64,000 nucleotides of DNA from contig OZ244958.1 of the NCBI GenBank assembly GCA_965222575.1, positions 352,001 to 416,000 on the forward strand. The letters are read 5' to 3'. The notes below the pieces were generated by a model, which saw only the letters and a list, made by a program, of their open reading frames with translations, was not told the origin of the DNA and made no database searches. Origin of the DNA: Alphaproteobacteria bacterium (GTDB lineage: Bacteria; Pseudomonadota; Alphaproteobacteria; G965222575). Of this stretch, positions 61,996 to 64,000 are shown piece by piece. A program made the position numbers and the translations under genes. Numbering within the stretch: position 1 is the stretch's first letter; the number at the start of each line of letters is the position of its first letter.

Positions 61996-63266
61996 GGAAC
62001 CCCCCCGCTACAGAGTAGCTTTCTCGCGCACCACGTCCTCATAACTATGTCCAATAAGTGGAAAGGTGATTCTAAGGAACCCCCCCCGCTACAGAGTAGC
62101 TTTGGCACCTTAATCCTCGGCACAGAAGAAGGATTATGCCTCAAAGAGGAGACTTTCACGCCCTCAGCAGTGCCATTTACCAAAAACACCTCTAAGGAAC
62201 CCCCCCCCGCTACAGAGTAGCTTTCTCGCGCACCACGTCCTCATGACTATGTCCAATAAGTGGAAAGGTGATTCTAAGGAACCCCCCCCGCTACAGAGTA
62301 GCTTTGGCACCTTAATCCTCGGCACAGAAGAAGGATTATGCCTCAAAGAGGAGACTTTCACGCCCTCAGCAGTGCCATTTACCAAAAACACCTCTAAGGA
62401 ACCCCCCCCGCTACAGAGTAGCTTTGGCACCTTAATCCTCGGCACAGAAGAAGGATTATGCCTCAAAGAGGAGACTTTCACGCCCTCAGCAGTGCCATTT
62501 ACCAAAAACACCTCTAAGGAACCCCCCCCCGCTACAGAGTAGCTTTGGCACCTTAATCCTCGGCACAGAAGAAGGATTATGCCTCAAAGAGGAGACTTTC
62601 ACGCCCTCAGCAGTGCCATTTACCAAAAACACCTCTAAGGAACCCCCCCCCGCTACAGAGTAGCTTTGGCACCTTAATCCTCGGCACAGAAGAAGGATTA
62701 TGCCTCAAAGAGGAGACTTTCACGCCCTCAGCAGTGCCATTTACCAAAAACACCTCTAAGGAACCCCCCCCCGCTACAGAGTAGCTTTGGCACCTTAATC
62801 CTCGGCACAGAAGAAGGATTATGCCTCAAAGAGGAGACTTTCACGCCCTCAGCAGTGCCATTTACCAAAAACACCTCTAAGGAACCCCCCCCGCTACAGA
62901 GTAGCTTTGGCACCTTAATCCTCGGCACAGAAGAAGGATTATGCCTCAAAGAGGAGACTTTCACGCCCTCAGCAGTGCCATTTACCAAAAACACCTCTAA
63001 GGAACCCCCCCCGCTACAGAGTAGCTTTGGCACCTTAATCCTCGGCACAGAAGAAGGATTATGCCTCAAAGAGGAGACTTTCACGCCCTCAGCAGTGCCA
63101 TTTACCAAAAACACCTCTAAGGAACCCCCCCCCGCTACAGAGTAGCTTTGGCACCTTAATCCTCGGCACAGAAGAAGGATTATGCCTCAAAGAGGAGACT
63201 TTCACGCCCTCAGCAGTGCCATTTACCAAAAACACCTCTAAGGAACCCCCCCCGCTACAGAGTAGT
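61991..63266. repeat. Repeat-spacer tandem array: 12 copies of a ~32-bp core separated by cheR-derived segments A (x2, ~48 bp) and B (x9, ~87 bp)
   Basis: Core TCTAAGGAA(C7-9)GCTACAGAGTAGCTTT; A resembles cheR 61817-61863 and B resembles cheR 61900-61990. Confidence 0.93.
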
Positions 63267-63977
63267 TTCCTTCTCATCCTTTGAATCATCAACCTCTACG
63301 GGCGGGAGATTCCTCAAAAAATACCCTTTCCCCCATGTAGTCCCTATATAGGAAACATCCCCTAAATATTGCTGTAGCTTCTTCCTCAACTTACAGATAA
63401 ACACATCAATAATTTTAATCTCTGGCTCATCTATTCCGCCGTATAAGTGATTCAAAAACATTTCCTTCGTTAACGTCATGCCTTTGCGTAAGGAAAATAA
63501 TTCTAAAATGCCATACTCCTTCAACGTTAAATGAATCGGCACATTGTCCACCGTCACAGAGCGTTTATCAAGATTCACACACAATTTCCCCGTTCTAATG
63601 ACCGAATCTGGAAACCCCTTAGAACGCCGCACAATAGCAACTGTGCGTGCGAGAATCTCATCCTTATCCCAAGGCTTCGTCATGTAATCATCCGCACCAT
63701 GCCCTAAAGCCGTTACCTTATCCTTCACAGACTTACTTCCTGATAACACCAAAACAGGAGTCCTGACCTTCTTACTGCGCAAGGACTTCAACACATCATA
63801 GCCATGGATATCTGGAAGTGATAAATCCAATAAGATAATGTCATAATCATAGATTCTGCTTAAGTCAATACCTTCTTCCCCGAGGTCTGTGCTATAAAAC
63901 ACAAACCCTCTATTGATAAAAGCCTTCTCCAAAAGCGTTACAACTTGACAATCATCCTCTATCACTAAAACACGCAT
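63255..63977 (-). CDS. ctrA: Cell-cycle master response regulator CtrA
   Basis: [67 protein letters not shown]. Confidence 0.96.
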   Translation of the reverse strand: MRVLVIEDDCQVVTLLEKAFINRGFVFYSTDLGEEGIDLSRIYDYDIILLDLSLPDIHGYDVLKSLRSKKVRTPVLVLSGSKSVKDKVTALGHGADDYMTKPWDKDEILARTVAIVRRSKGFPDSVIRTGKLCVNLDKRSVTVDNVPIHLTLKEYGILELFSLRKGMTLTKEMFLNHLYGGIDEPEIKIIDVFICKLRKKLQQYLGDVSYIGTTWGKGYFLRNLPPVEVDDSKDEKETTL

Positions 63978-64000
63978 GCTGCGTCCTCCATCGAGTACCA

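Noticed and set aside
61991-63266. True CRISPR array
   Set aside because: Spacers are repeated, unequal in length (48 and 87 bp) and derived from the adjacent gene; the repeat includes coding ends; no cas genes or leader.
61992-63292. Repeat-encoded ORFs on both strands
   Set aside because: By-product of a 120-nt unit; frames break wherever the poly-C length changes.

Overview
Chromosomal window from an alphaproteobacterium, probably host-associated. The assignment rests on ctrA/chpT, the rpmI-rplT-pheS-pheT-lepA, gltX-gltA/comEC, glpX-recJ and DUF1467-rnj-coaX gene orders, and a Rhodospirillales-type cheAWYBR operon. The housekeeping backbone includes tRNA-Ser(CGA), tRNA-Arg(ACG), rnpB and groESL. 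Accessory features: (1) a giant Ala-rich repeat/S8-protease surface protein split by single-base homopolymer frameshifts; (2) a decayed type II R-M pair at the tRNA-Ser 3' end; (3) three tandem paralogues resembling T3SS effectors, plus a separate yscB-like/sctC/rsbW/rsbV operon; (4) the best candidate for an undescribed system, three co-oriented pilin/DUF4402-like gene cassettes with constant and hypervariable blocks, mosaic ancestry, CTAG-palindromic flanks, one promoter between perfect 23-bp inverted repeats and one with a destroyed -10 box, located at breaks in the ancestral yebC-ruv-tol order; (5) tandem arrays beginning at stop codons (groEL, FAH gene, cheR/ctrA), the last with a repeat-spacer layout whose spacers derive from cheR. 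Several frameshifts look like long-read homopolymer errors, so read-level checks are needed. Family assignments are from recalled motifs, not database searches.
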